Positions 29,776 through 39,428 of a stretch of 42,715 nucleotides of DNA are shown here, in pieces. The position numbers and the translations under genes are program-made. Below the pieces are notes generated by a model. It did not search any database, had not been told where the DNA came from, and was given only the letters and a program-made list of their open reading frames with translations. The number at the start of each line of letters is the position of its first letter. The first letter of the stretch is position 1. The DNA lies in the sequence record SRR20825019_986. One strand, given 5' to 3'.

Positions 29776-32376
29776 TTATTCTACCAATTCATCTTGATTT
29801 CTGAACACCAACTGATCGTCAAAGGAATCCAAGAGCACTATGCTGTCGGAGGTTATTTTTCCTGACAACAACTCTTTGGAAAGGTTGTTCAAGACCTCTT
29901 TCTGAATCAATCGTTTTACAGGTCGAGCGCCGTATTGAGGGTCGAAACCTTTTGCTGCCAAGTAGTCTATCGCTTCTTGGGTAGCATCGAGGGTAATGTT
30001 TTGCTTGGCCAACATTTTCTTCAAGTTTTCCAATTGCAATCCCACAATATCCTTGATGTCCGATTTGCTCAATGGAGCAAACATGATGATGTCATCAATA
30101 CGGTTCAAAAACTCGGGTCTGATGGTCTTACGAAGCAATCCCAGCACTTCTACCCTTGCTGCCTCGGAAGCACTTTCCACATCTACGGCATCTTCAAACT
30201 TCTCCTGAATGATGTGGCTTCCCATATTACTCGTCATTATAATGATGGAGTTCTTGAAATCGGCTACGCGACCTTTGTTATCGGTCAACCTTCCTTCATC
30301 CAATACTTGCAATAAGATGTTGAAGGTATCGGGGTGTGCTTTTTCAATCTCATCCAACAAGATGACGGAATAGGGTTTCCTTCTCACGGCTTCGGTCAAC
30401 TGACCTCCCTCATCATAACCCACATACCCTGGAGGCGCACCTACCAATCGGCTCACGGAGTGGCGCTCTTGGTATTCGCTCATATCTATCCTTGTGATGG
30501 CGTTTTCATCATCGAACAGATAGGCGGCCAAGGTTTTGGCCAGCTCGGTCTTACCTACACCGGTTGTACCCAAGAATAGAAACGAACCGATGGGCTTTTT
30601 GGCGTCCTGCAATCCCGCTCTGCTTCTTCGTATGGCATCGGATACCGCGATAATCGCCTCATCTTGACCAACTACCCGTTTGTGCAGTACATCTTCCAGT
30701 TTCAGGAGTTTTTCGCGTTCGCTCTGCATCATCTTGTTCACTGGAATGCCCGTCCACTTGGCAACTACTTCGGCAATGTCCTCATAAGTGACTTCCTCTT
30801 TGATCAAGGTGCCCGCAGTTTGCTGTTCCGCCAACTCATCTTGGAGTTTTTCCAATCGTTCTTGGGCCTCCTTTATTTTGCCGTAGCGCAATTCGGCCAC
30901 TTTTCCGTAATCGCCGTTTCGTTCGGCACGTTCGGCCTCAATCTTATAGTTTTCAATATCCTCTTTTGTTTTTTGGATGTTGTCCACCACGGTTTTTTCG
31001 CTTTCCCATTTGGCAAAGATTTCGTTTCGTTCTTCCTTAAGGTTGGCGAGATCCAAATTCAAGGTTTTCAATTTAGACGTATCGTTTTCCCTTTTGATGG
31101 CCTCCAACTCAATCTCCAATTGCATTATTTTACGGTCGAGCACATCCAATTCCTCGGGTTTGGAGTTGATTTCCATACGAAGTTTGGAAGCTGCCTCATC
31201 CATAAGGTCTATGGCCTTATCCGGCAAAAACCTATTGGTAATGTAGCGTTGTGATAACTCCACGGCACCGATTACAGCTTCGTCCTTGATACGGACCTTG
31301 TGGTGTGCCTCATATTTTTCCTTGATTCCCCTAAGGATGGAAATGGCACTCTCGGTATCGGGCTCGTCCACCATCACTTTCTGGAACCTACGCTCCAAGG
31401 CTTTATCCTTTTCAAAATACTTTTGATACTCGTCCAACGTAGTGGCGCCAATGGCCCGCAATTCGCCACGCGCCAAAGCAGGCTTCAGGATGTTTGCGGC
31501 ATCCATCGCGCCTTGTCCGCCACCTGCACCCACCAAGGTGTGGATCTCATCAATAAAGAGCACAATGTTCCCGTCCGATGAGGTTACCTCTTTGATTACG
31601 GCTTTCAAGCGTTCCTCGAACTCTCCTTTATATTTGGCACCCGCAATAAGCGCACCCATATCCAGGGAATAAATGACTTTATCTTTCAGGTTTTCGGGTA
31701 CATCCCCTTGAATGATTCGATGTGCCAAGCCTTCGGCAATGGCTGTTTTACCCACACCGGGCTCACCTACCAACATGGGGTTGTTCTTGGTGCGTCTGGA
31801 TAAAATCTGCAAAACCCTACGGATTTCCTCGTCCCGTCCGATTACGGGGTCCAATTTGCCACTATCGGCCATTTGGTTGAGGTTGTTCGCATATTTGTCC
31901 AGTGAATTATAAGTTTCCTCCGCGCTTTGTGATGTCACCTTACCGCCCTTGCGTAGTTCTTCAATGGCTGCTTTCAAATCTTTTTCGGTCACTCCCTGAT
32001 CCTTTAGGATTTGGGCGACTTTACTTTTGGATTTGAAAATGGCCAATAATAGGTGTTCAACGGAAACGTATTCATCGCCCATGTTTTTGGCCACGATGCT
32101 TGCTTCGTTGACGGTTTTTCCAGCTTCTCTGGAAAGCATGATTTCCCCTCCCGATACTTTTGAAAAGCTCTGGAGTTCCTTGTCCAATATTTGGTTGATG
32201 AGATTGGTATTGACGTTCAATTTTTTCAAAATGAAAGGCAACACGTTTTCATCGACCTCGGCGATAGCCTTGAACAAGTGTTCGTTTTCTATTTGTTGAT
32301 GCCCAAATTCTTGGGCCAATTGCTGGGCCCTCTGAATGGCTTCTTGTGATTTTATGGTAAAATTATTAAAGTTCAT
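29776..32376 (-). CDS. clpB: Chaperone ClpB
   Basis: Two AAA+ modules (GEPGVGKT, GTTGVGKT), middle coiled-coil domain, GAPPGYVGY. Confidence 0.97.
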   Translation of the reverse strand: MNFNNFTIKSQEAIQRAQQLAQEFGHQQIENEHLFKAIAEVDENVLPFILKKLNVNTNLINQILDKELQSFSKVSGGEIMLSREAGKTVNEASIVAKNMGDEYVSVEHLLLAIFKSKSKVAQILKDQGVTEKDLKAAIEELRKGGKVTSQSAEETYNSLDKYANNLNQMADSGKLDPVIGRDEEIRRVLQILSRRTKNNPMLVGEPGVGKTAIAEGLAHRIIQGDVPENLKDKVIYSLDMGALIAGAKYKGEFEERLKAVIKEVTSSDGNIVLFIDEIHTLVGAGGGQGAMDAANILKPALARGELRAIGATTLDEYQKYFEKDKALERRFQKVMVDEPDTESAISILRGIKEKYEAHHKVRIKDEAVIGAVELSQRYITNRFLPDKAIDLMDEAASKLRMEINSKPEELDVLDRKIMQLEIELEAIKRENDTSKLKTLNLDLANLKEERNEIFAKWESEKTVVDNIQKTKEDIENYKIEAERAERNGDYGKVAELRYGKIKEAQERLEKLQDELAEQQTAGTLIKEEVTYEDIAEVVAKWTGIPVNKMMQSEREKLLKLEDVLHKRVVGQDEAIIAVSDAIRRSRAGLQDAKKPIGSFLFLGTTGVGKTELAKTLAAYLFDDENAITRIDMSEYQERHSVSRLVGAPPGYVGYDEGGQLTEAVRRKPYSVILLDEIEKAHPDTFNILLQVLDEGRLTDNKGRVADFKNSIIIMTSNMGSHIIQEKFEDAVDVESASEAARVEVLGLLRKTIRPEFLNRIDDIIMFAPLSKSDIKDIVGLQLENLKKMLAKQNITLDATQEAIDYLAAKGFDPQYGARPVKRLIQKEVLNNLSKELLSGKITSDSIVLLDSFDDQLVFRNQDELVE

Positions 32377-32400
32377 TGCTGTTGTTTTTGTAAAGGAATG

Positions 32401-32416
32401 TCAACAATCCTACCAA
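32401..32416 (-). promoter_or_regulatory. Putative sigma54 -24/-12 promoter of clpB
   Basis: TTGGTAGGATTGTTGA (GG-N10-GA spacing) 25 bp upstream of the ATG. Confidence 0.45.
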
Positions 32417-32519
32417 TACATGATTACGGTCAAAATGTCTTGAAAAATCAGCAATAGCGAGACATTTCGTCAGTTGTAAGCTTTTTGGTCGCTCCCGACT
32501 TATCCTGTAAATTTGTATT

Positions 32520-32903
32520 ATGGGAATATTTGACAGCGTCTTCGGAAAGAAAGAGAAAAAGGAAAAGAAAGCATTGCCTTGGATTACATTGGAATCCGTT
32601 GCCCAATTGGAGGAAATCGTGGAAAAATCAAAAAACAAATCCCAAGTCATCTATAAGCATTCCAGCACTTGTGGAATCAGTAGGATGGTTTTGGGGATGT
32701 TCACCGATTCTTTTGATATGGATACGGATGTGGACCTCTATTTTTTAACGATACAGGACCACAGGGATGTGTCCAACACCATAGCCGATAAATTTGAAGT
32801 TAGGCACGAGTCACCCCAATTATTGGTGGTCAAAAACGGGGAGGTGGTTTTTCATACCTCGCACGGGGCCATTTCGGAAATGGACTTTATGAAGTATTTA
32901 TAA
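32520..32903 (+). CDS. ytxJ: Bacillithiol system redox-active protein YtxJ (BrxC) family
   Basis: KHSSTCGIS and VRHESPQ motifs. Confidence 0.88.
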   Translation: MGIFDSVFGKKEKKEKKALPWITLESVAQLEEIVEKSKNKSQVIYKHSSTCGISRMVLGMFTDSFDMDTDVDLYFLTIQDHRDVSNTIADKFEVRHESPQLLVVKNGEVVFHTSHGAISEMDFMKYL

Positions 32904-32918
32904 AAAAGAAGAAGTTCA

Positions 32919-32974
32919 TGTCAGTTCGAGCGCAGTCGAGAACTTAAAACATCCCGACTGAGCTCGATGTGACA
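32919..32974. repeat. REP-like palindromic element, family B
   Basis: Arms TGTCAGTTCGAGCGCAGTCGAGA / TCCCGACTGAGCTCGATGTGACA (19/23 complementary) between convergent genes. Confidence 0.7.
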
Positions 32975-32981
32975 CAATCTT

Positions 32982-34166
32982 TTAGTTGAACTGATATTTT
33001 GAGATGATGCTCTTGAGCCGTAGTTTAAGGTCCTCACCTGCATCGTAGACCATTTGTTCGTTGGAAGGGAAAGGTACTTCCCTTGCGTTCAGGTACAACA
33101 TTAAATCGTCCTCCAAAGCTCTTTTGTCACCTTGGTAATTGGCGAAAATATGCTCGAAAAAGAACTCACTAGATAGGGGATAGGAGTTGATTACCTGCCC
33201 GTTCCGTAAATCCGTGAAACTAACCTTTGCACCGATTTGTGCGGTTTTAGTTTGTGTAAACTGAAACAATTTACAGGTTACCGTGCGCATCTTGTCAATT
33301 TTTATCTTGTTCCCCAAGCTATCTTTTACGACGTTGCCTTCGCGGTCTAAAAGATATTCCCAGCCATCTTTGATTTGTCTTTCTTTGATGACTTGTGTCT
33401 CATTGATACGCTCTGGCGATACATTGATTTCCATAAAATCAAGATTCATCGCATAATCATATTTTACATTGGCCAAAGGAGTGGTATGGTATTGCAACCA
33501 GAAGTTGTCGATTCCAAAGGCATTAAAATCCAAAAGTTCGGATTCCAAACGTTCTGGAATGATCTGCTGTGTTTGATTAGCAATATCCACCCTTACAAAT
33601 TCGAGTCCCTTGTTATAGGCTTCATCCATTTTGGATACAGTTTCCCTGTAGCCTGGATTTATTTCCTGCAAATATTTTAAATCTTCGTAGGCTGTTCTGT
33701 AATCTGCCTTGTATTTTGCGGAAGCCAACAGATTGGAGGCGTTTTGGTACAGATGTTCGGAAAAATCATCCTTAGTGTTCAAAATGCTGTTGTCGTAGTC
33801 CACAAAATTGAACTCGGCCGTTCTGCCTTCATCTTCAATATACAACGGCAATAGTGGCCTGATGCGCTGTTGAATCTGTTTTAATTGTAAATATTTGTTG
33901 TAGATAGTCTCCAAGTTGGCCGGGTTCCCATCATTTTGAAGAAAAGCAATTTCCTGCTGTTCCCTAGCGGCATTTTTGGCAAATGCTTCTTCCAAAAGGA
34001 TAATGTATTCCTGATGCCCTTTCTTGGTTTTGTTCTCGGCCAAATTCTTAATGGCCTTGTTCATGGCGGTGGAATAATTCCCCGTATTCAAGGCCTCTTG
34101 TGTTTTCTTTACGCCACTGCAAGCGCTTAAAACTATAATTGTGGTTAAGAGTAAAAGTTTTTTCAT
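32982..34166 (-). CDS. Hypothetical lipoprotein (helical N-terminal part, beta-rich C-terminal part)
   Basis: Long ORF; MKK plus hydrophobic stretch plus LSAC lipobox. Confidence 0.75.
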   Translation of the reverse strand: MKKLLLLTTIIVLSACSGVKKTQEALNTGNYSTAMNKAIKNLAENKTKKGHQEYIILLEEAFAKNAAREQQEIAFLQNDGNPANLETIYNKYLQLKQIQQRIRPLLPLYIEDEGRTAEFNFVDYDNSILNTKDDFSEHLYQNASNLLASAKYKADYRTAYEDLKYLQEINPGYRETVSKMDEAYNKGLEFVRVDIANQTQQIIPERLESELLDFNAFGIDNFWLQYHTTPLANVKYDYAMNLDFMEINVSPERINETQVIKERQIKDGWEYLLDREGNVVKDSLGNKIKIDKMRTVTCKLFQFTQTKTAQIGAKVSFTDLRNGQVINSYPLSSEFFFEHIFANYQGDKRALEDDLMLYLNAREVPFPSNEQMVYDAGEDLKLRLKSIISKYQFN

Positions 34167-34198
34167 ATTGGTCAACTTTATGGTTGTTTAGGGGGAAT

Positions 34199-34214
34199 TC
34201 AATAGCTGTGCCAA
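34199..34214 (-). promoter_or_regulatory. Sigma54 -24/-12 promoter
   Basis: TTGGCACAGCTATTGA, close to the consensus TTGGCACG-N4-TTGC, 33 bp upstream of the lipoprotein ATG. Confidence 0.65.
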
Positions 34215-34417
34215 AAATCCTCATCCTATTAACGAAAAAGGTGATATTGTAGTATATCTTCAATAAAAACCCTTTTAAATGGAGGGCTGTACAGGATTTG
34301 ATTTTTTCACAGAATTGTTAATTGCCGTTTAATAAAATTACATCTCAACCTTATTTTTATAGATGGAAATCCCCTTTCAATTCGTAATTTTACGCCCTTA
34401 ATTAAACAATGGGCAAC

Positions 34418-35692
34418 ATGCAACGAGACCAGAAGATTTTTGAACTTATAGCACAAGAAAAGGAAAGACAGTTGGAGGGTATTGAACTAATAGCTTCCGA
34501 AAACTTTGTAAGTCCGCAAGTAATGGAGGCTGCAGGCTCCGTGCTTACGAACAAATATGCCGAAGGATATCCCGGAAAGCGCTATTATGGCGGTTGCGAA
34601 GTTGTTGACCAAGTGGAACAATTGGCCATTGATCGTGCCAAGGAACTTTTTGGGGCAGCTTATGCTAATGTACAGCCCCACTCGGGTTCACAGGCCAATG
34701 CATCTGTTTACCATGCCTGTCTGAATGCAGGAGATAAAATTTTAGGTTTTGATTTGTCCCATGGAGGGCATTTGACCCACGGTTCACCCGTAAATTTCTC
34801 CGGGAAATTGTACAATCCGGTTTTTTATGGGGTTGATGAGGAGACCGGCATGTTGAACTACGACAAAATTCAGGAGATTGCGGACAAGGAAAAGCCCAAA
34901 TTGATCATTGCCGGTGCTTCGGCCTATTCAAGGGATATGGACTTTAAACGATTCCGTGAGATTGCAGATAGTGTCGGTGCTATTTTGTTGGCCGATATTT
35001 CGCATCCGGCTGGTTTGATAGCCAAAGGTATTTTGAACGATCCCATTCCACATTGCCATATTGTTACCACAACTACCCATAAAACCCTACGTGGCCCACG
35101 TGGCGGTCTTATTTTGATGGGAGAGAATTTTGATAATCCATTCGGCATCAAACTAAAGAATGGAAACTTGAGAAAAATGTCAGCTTTGTTGGATTTGGCT
35201 GTGTTCCCAGGGAATCAAGGAGGACCTTTGGAGCACATCATCGCTGCCAAGGCCATTGCCTTTGGCGAAGCACTTACCGATGACTATTTGCACTACATGG
35301 TTCAAGTGAAAAAGAACGCTGCTGCCATGGCCAAAGCTTTTATGGACAGGGATTACAAAGTAATTTCCGGAGGTACGGACAATCATATGATGCTGATAGA
35401 CCTACGGAACAAAGATATTTCTGGTAAAGAAGCGGAAGAGGTATTGGTAAAAGCCGACATTACTGCGAACAAGAATATGGTGCCTTTTGATGATAAATCA
35501 CCGTTCATCACCTCTGGAATCCGTTTTGGTACTTCAGCCATTACCACTAGAGGTCTCAAGGAGGCGGATATGGAGACGGTTGTGGGCTTTATTGATGAGA
35601 TCATCACCGATGCAGGGAATGAGAAGAAGGTAGCTGAAATAAAACAAAAGGTCAACGACTTGATGAAATCGCGACCTTTGTTCAGTGCTTAG
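34418..35692 (+). CDS. glyA: Serine hydroxymethyltransferase
   Basis: [44 protein letters not shown]. Start may be 34409. Confidence 0.97.
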   Translation: MQRDQKIFELIAQEKERQLEGIELIASENFVSPQVMEAAGSVLTNKYAEGYPGKRYYGGCEVVDQVEQLAIDRAKELFGAAYANVQPHSGSQANASVYHACLNAGDKILGFDLSHGGHLTHGSPVNFSGKLYNPVFYGVDEETGMLNYDKIQEIADKEKPKLIIAGASAYSRDMDFKRFREIADSVGAILLADISHPAGLIAKGILNDPIPHCHIVTTTTHKTLRGPRGGLILMGENFDNPFGIKLKNGNLRKMSALLDLAVFPGNQGGPLEHIIAAKAIAFGEALTDDYLHYMVQVKKNAAAMAKAFMDRDYKVISGGTDNHMMLIDLRNKDISGKEAEEVLVKADITANKNMVPFDDKSPFITSGIRFGTSAITTRGLKEADMETVVGFIDEIITDAGNEKKVAEIKQKVNDLMKSRPLFSA

Positions 35693-35709
35693 TATTTGCT
35701 AGTGGAATA

Positions 35710-36375
35710 TTATTCGAAGAGGAATATGCTTTCCTCGTAAAATTTCTTTTGTTGGAGAGAATAGATCAAGGCTTCGTGCTCTTGGTTCCCTTTATCAAAA
35801 TATAGCCCCCAGTAATTATCATAGCTGGTCTCTATATTCACCTTGAAAGGGTCGTCTTCTATGGATGTGTCCTCAAAAACCGGCACAAAAATTTCATAAG
35901 GCATTTCAGTCAATCCTTTGGTAAAATAAACAAAGTGTTTGCCAACTAATGTCAATATATTGCTTGCATGCTCGGGAATACTATGTCTGTACAATCTCGA
36001 AATGATTATTGAAGTATCTTTAAAATGCATCGAAAGCTCCATAATATCAGTTGGATAGGCACTCTTTTGGTTAAGCACTTGAAGTGCTTTGTTAAGAGAG
36101 GAAGAAATGTTGGAACGGCTTTCCTCGGCAAAGTTATACCCGCCCCAATCGCCATTGTTGAAATGCCTTAAGCATTCGGCAATTCCAAAATTGTGAAACA
36201 AATCTATAATAAGGTCCGTTCTATTGTTTAGGGAATCGTGTTTGCACTTTACTTTTGCGGTCGCAAAAAAATACTTTTCTAGAACTCTAAGAAAATCGTC
36301 CAGTCCATCTGTGGCCTCATAGGTTTTTGGACCAGCGTACTTATAATTTTTTTTTGATCTATTTGAAGATGACAT
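35710..36375 (-). CDS. Hypothetical cytoplasmic protein, terminal gene of the regulatory module
   Basis: 221-aa ORF with no signal peptide or recognisable motif; has its own promoter-like region. Confidence 0.75.
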   Translation of the reverse strand: MSSSNRSKKNYKYAGPKTYEATDGLDDFLRVLEKYFFATAKVKCKHDSLNNRTDLIIDLFHNFGIAECLRHFNNGDWGGYNFAEESRSNISSSLNKALQVLNQKSAYPTDIMELSMHFKDTSIIISRLYRHSIPEHASNILTLVGKHFVYFTKGLTEMPYEIFVPVFEDTSIEDDPFKVNIETSYDNYWGLYFDKGNQEHEALIYSLQQKKFYEESIFLFE

Positions 36376-36443
36376 GTGGTGTTGATTGAATTCTTATATT
36401 CTTTCAACATAAAGTTAGGATGAATCTTTTGCATGGGATTACA

Positions 36444-36476
36444 GATTATCCTTAAAAATTCTAGGGTTTTCCCCTT
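36444..36476 (-). promoter_or_regulatory. Shared 33-bp regulatory motif, copy 1
   Basis: 26/33 identical to 40771-40803; starts 27 nt from a -7-like TAACTTTA (36410-36417). Confidence 0.65.
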
Positions 36477-36555
36477 GTTTGTAAGATTTTTTTGAAAAAA
36501 ATATTGAAAACGAACCACAGAATCGAGTTGAGGCCAATTTTTTGGACAGTGATCA

Positions 36556-37224
36556 CTAAATAAAACCTCTGTTTTTTGCAGCCAATATAAGGGCCAGATC
36601 ATTTTCGTTCTCTGTTCCGAATAGGGTCTTTAAATGGCGTTTTCTGTTTTCAATGGAAGAGGGGGAAAGCCTGATAAACTTCTCAAGGTCTTTGTTCTTG
36701 GTTCCTTTGGATAAATGATAAAGAATTTGTTTATCCTTCTCATCGATTTCTATATCATTGGCCATTTTCTTTCTAATGGCACCAAGAGCTTTTGAAGAAT
36801 AATACGGTGGGTCCAACATTATGGTCTTGACCGCATCTTCAAGTGTTTTGGGGTCAATATCAGTCTTTACCAAATACCCGTCCGGGTCAACTGATTTTAA
36901 GATACTATTGATTCTGAAATTGTCACTAAAAGAAGACATGAAAACGATTTTGCTACTGGGCACAATCTTACGCGCCAAAATCCCCAAATCTTCACCTGTG
37001 TAGGGTTGATCTTCGTTCGGGGCGAACAATTGTACATCCAAGAACAAAATATCATACTGAAAGGTACTCACTGAATCCTCTATGAGCTTTTTGCCCGCAT
37101 GATAGGAAGTCGCCGTATCCACAATAATGTTATAGCCGTCAAAATTAATGCTCTCCAGTATAAATTTATACCCGAGCATAGTCATTTCGTGGTCGTCTAT
37201 GGCCAGTATTCTCAATGTTTTCAT
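36556..37224 (-). CDS. NarL/LuxR-type response regulator
   Basis: LAIDDH, ILFLDVQL (phospho-Asp), FMSS, GYLVK; C-terminal LuxR-like HTH. Alternative start at 37260 overlaps the kinase stop. Confidence 0.9.
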   Translation of the reverse strand: MKTLRILAIDDHEMTMLGYKFILESINFDGYNIIVDTATSYHAGKKLIEDSVSTFQYDILFLDVQLFAPNEDQPYTGEDLGILARKIVPSSKIVFMSSFSDNFRINSILKSVDPDGYLVKTDIDPKTLEDAVKTIMLDPPYYSSKALGAIRKKMANDIEIDEKDKQILYHLSKGTKNKDLEKFIRLSPSSIENRKRHLKTLFGTENENDLALILAAKNRGFI

Positions 37225-37252
37225 GGTAGGTTCTATTATTGTATCTGGGGAA

Positions 37253-39340
37253 CTAAGCATTTATTAATTTATGTTCTTCAGGTGTTTTTACATCCGTATA
37301 TTTTGCGGGGATTAGAATTTTAATAGAAGTTCCCTGGCCCCGTTTACTGTCAATATCCAGAGTTCCTTTTATTTTTTTGACCCTTGAAACAATATTCCTA
37401 AGGCCAATTCCTTTTTTCTTTTTGTTTACATCAAAGCCAACGCCATCATCTGTAATGATCAACTTTAACTTATCGTCCATAGCATGGAACGATATGGTAA
37501 CATGTTGACTTTTGGCATGTTTTACACAGTTTTTCAGCGATTCTTGAATAATCCTGTAAGCATTGATCTTAATGTCCCCCAATAAATCGTCCCAATGTAT
37601 TTCAGGGTCATAAGTAAAGGAACACGTAATGCCCGAAGATTTTTCAATCTCCACGATCATGTTTTCAAGAGACACAATAAAATTATGAAATTTTTTGTAC
37701 GCCGCATGGTTCAGTTCGTGCGAAATGGTTCTGATTTCTTCTTCCAGCTCTTGCAGTTTTTCGATAAGCCCAGCTCGTTGCTGTATGGAAGCTGGGTCAT
37801 CACGTTCGTTGAGTCCACTTAAAATGAGGCGTATTCCCAGCATTTCACCCAATATCCCGTCGTGTAGTTCTTCGGAAATCCGTTTTTGTTCCAATTGCTT
37901 CCCTTCCTCGAACTTACCTTGTTGAGAAAGTAGGAGGTTGTAAATTTCTTGGTTGCTTTCCTGTTGCTTTTGCTTAAATTTTAACTGATTGTTGTTTACG
38001 TACAACGAAACCATGAGCATGAACCCTACACCGAAGATAATCAGTAATATAGCGGAGTATACCCACACCTGCTTTTCTTTGGTCAGGATTTGGTTTTCCT
38101 CGATAATTTCGTCCGTTTCCAATCGTATCCGTGCAAATTTGTCTCTCTTGGTGCGTTCTTCCTCGCTTATGGTTTCATTTAATTGATAGTATTCTTCGGC
38201 ATAGGCAGATGCTTTGGCAGTATCAAGCTTCGTTAATAGTTTTAGCGCATCCAACGAACGGTCGTTGTTATAAGTTTCTCTAGCTATGGCGTAGGACTCT
38301 TTGGCCTGGGCAATGGCTTGTACGGTATCTCCTTTTGTGGCCAATACTTCGGCGTAGTAGTAATGGAGCCTAGCCTGATCATAGAGATCTCCGGTTGCAG
38401 AGTTCATTGTAAAGGCCTCCCTTAAAAGTTCTTCAGCTTTTTCGATATTCTTATCAGCTTTGAGAAGGGAAAACGCATAACTTCCAATTGCTTTTTCGTA
38501 AGTCTGCGGTAAACTCTCTTTTAATTCATGGTTAGCTAGTAATTCAACGAACGCCTCTTTGGCCTTTTCAAAATTCTCCTCATTGAGATAGGTGCTGGCA
38601 ATATTATTTTGGATTTTCCATATTAATTGGGTTTTATTTTCTCTATTCGATTTTGCAATATAGTCCTTCGCTTTTTCATAAGACTCTATTGCCTTTGAGC
38701 TATTACCCAACCCATTGGCCAAAATACCCAACACATTGTATGCATTATATAATCGATAATCATCTCCCAGGTCATCAAAGATTTCTATGGCGGCTGTGGC
38801 ACTGGCTTCCCCGCCCAAATAATCCTTATAGGAATCCTGGACCCTGGCCATACCGTAAAACATTCTTGCCATTAGCGATTGAGAAGTTGAATCCTTTGGT
38901 AGCTTTTCAAAATTTTCCAAAGCTTTTCGATAATGGTAAAATGCACTGTCCATGACTCCTTCATTTTCCATGAATGAGGCAAGGTCCCAATAAGAGTACC
39001 CTAATATCTTGTTGGCCTTTACTTTTTTGGATAATCTTAAGAGTTCAGCATTCGATTTTCTAAAACCCAAGGAGTCCTTTAACTTCATATAGGTTAGTGA
39101 AACCTGCGAGAGCTGTTCCAGTTTGGTGGTGTCGGATGACATTGCTAACACCTTGGCTTCAGCATCTCTTAGATACGCTTTGCGGTCTTCGAGGGACAAT
39201 TCCTTGGAGGTTTTGGCAATATTCAATAGTTCTTGGATGGTATTTACCTCGGGGTTAGAGGTAACATTTTTCTCTTTTGGCCGTTGCTGGGAGCATCCCA
39301 AAAGAAGTATGCTTATTAGTATAAGTATTCCGTTTTTCAA
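37253..39340 (-). CDS. TPR-repeat sensor histidine kinase (HisKA_3 type) with lipoprotein-like N-terminus
   Basis: LLLGC lipobox, TPR-like repeats, single TM (VWVYSAILLIIFGVGFMLMVSLYV), RISEELHDG, QESLKNCVKHA, DDGVGF, GIGL; TTG start. Confidence 0.9.
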   Translation of the reverse strand: MKNGILILISILLLGCSQQRPKEKNVTSNPEVNTIQELLNIAKTSKELSLEDRKAYLRDAEAKVLAMSSDTTKLEQLSQVSLTYMKLKDSLGFRKSNAELLRLSKKVKANKILGYSYWDLASFMENEGVMDSAFYHYRKALENFEKLPKDSTSQSLMARMFYGMARVQDSYKDYLGGEASATAAIEIFDDLGDDYRLYNAYNVLGILANGLGNSSKAIESYEKAKDYIAKSNRENKTQLIWKIQNNIASTYLNEENFEKAKEAFVELLANHELKESLPQTYEKAIGSYAFSLLKADKNIEKAEELLREAFTMNSATGDLYDQARLHYYYAEVLATKGDTVQAIAQAKESYAIARETYNNDRSLDALKLLTKLDTAKASAYAEEYYQLNETISEEERTKRDKFARIRLETDEIIEENQILTKEKQVWVYSAILLIIFGVGFMLMVSLYVNNNQLKFKQKQQESNQEIYNLLLSQQGKFEEGKQLEQKRISEELHDGILGEMLGIRLILSGLNERDDPASIQQRAGLIEKLQELEEEIRTISHELNHAAYKKFHNFIVSLENMIVEIEKSSGITCSFTYDPEIHWDDLLGDIKINAYRIIQESLKNCVKHAKSQHVTISFHAMDDKLKLIITDDGVGFDVNKKKKGIGLRNIVSRVKKIKGTLDIDSKRGQGTSIKILIPAKYTDVKTPEEHKLINA

Positions 39341-39373
39341 ACTGATTTAGTTCGTTTATATATCCAAGGTAAC

Positions 39374-39406
39374 AAAAAAAGCCCCAAATTTTTAGTGTTT
39401 GGGGCT
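39374..39406 (-). terminator. Rho-independent terminator after the two small ORFs
   Basis: Minus strand AGCCCCAAA-loop-TTTGGGGCT followed by TTTTTT. Confidence 0.8.
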
Positions 39407-39428
39407 GAGTTGTATGTTCAATATCAAT

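Noticed and set aside
29935-32299. Several long antisense ORFs within clpB (similar ones occur in recN and others)
   Set aside because: Expected shadow frames of conserved genes, with no independent coding signal
19807-32974. Palindromic repeats as a CRISPR array
   Set aside because: Dispersed single elements with no regular repeat-spacer period and no cas genes
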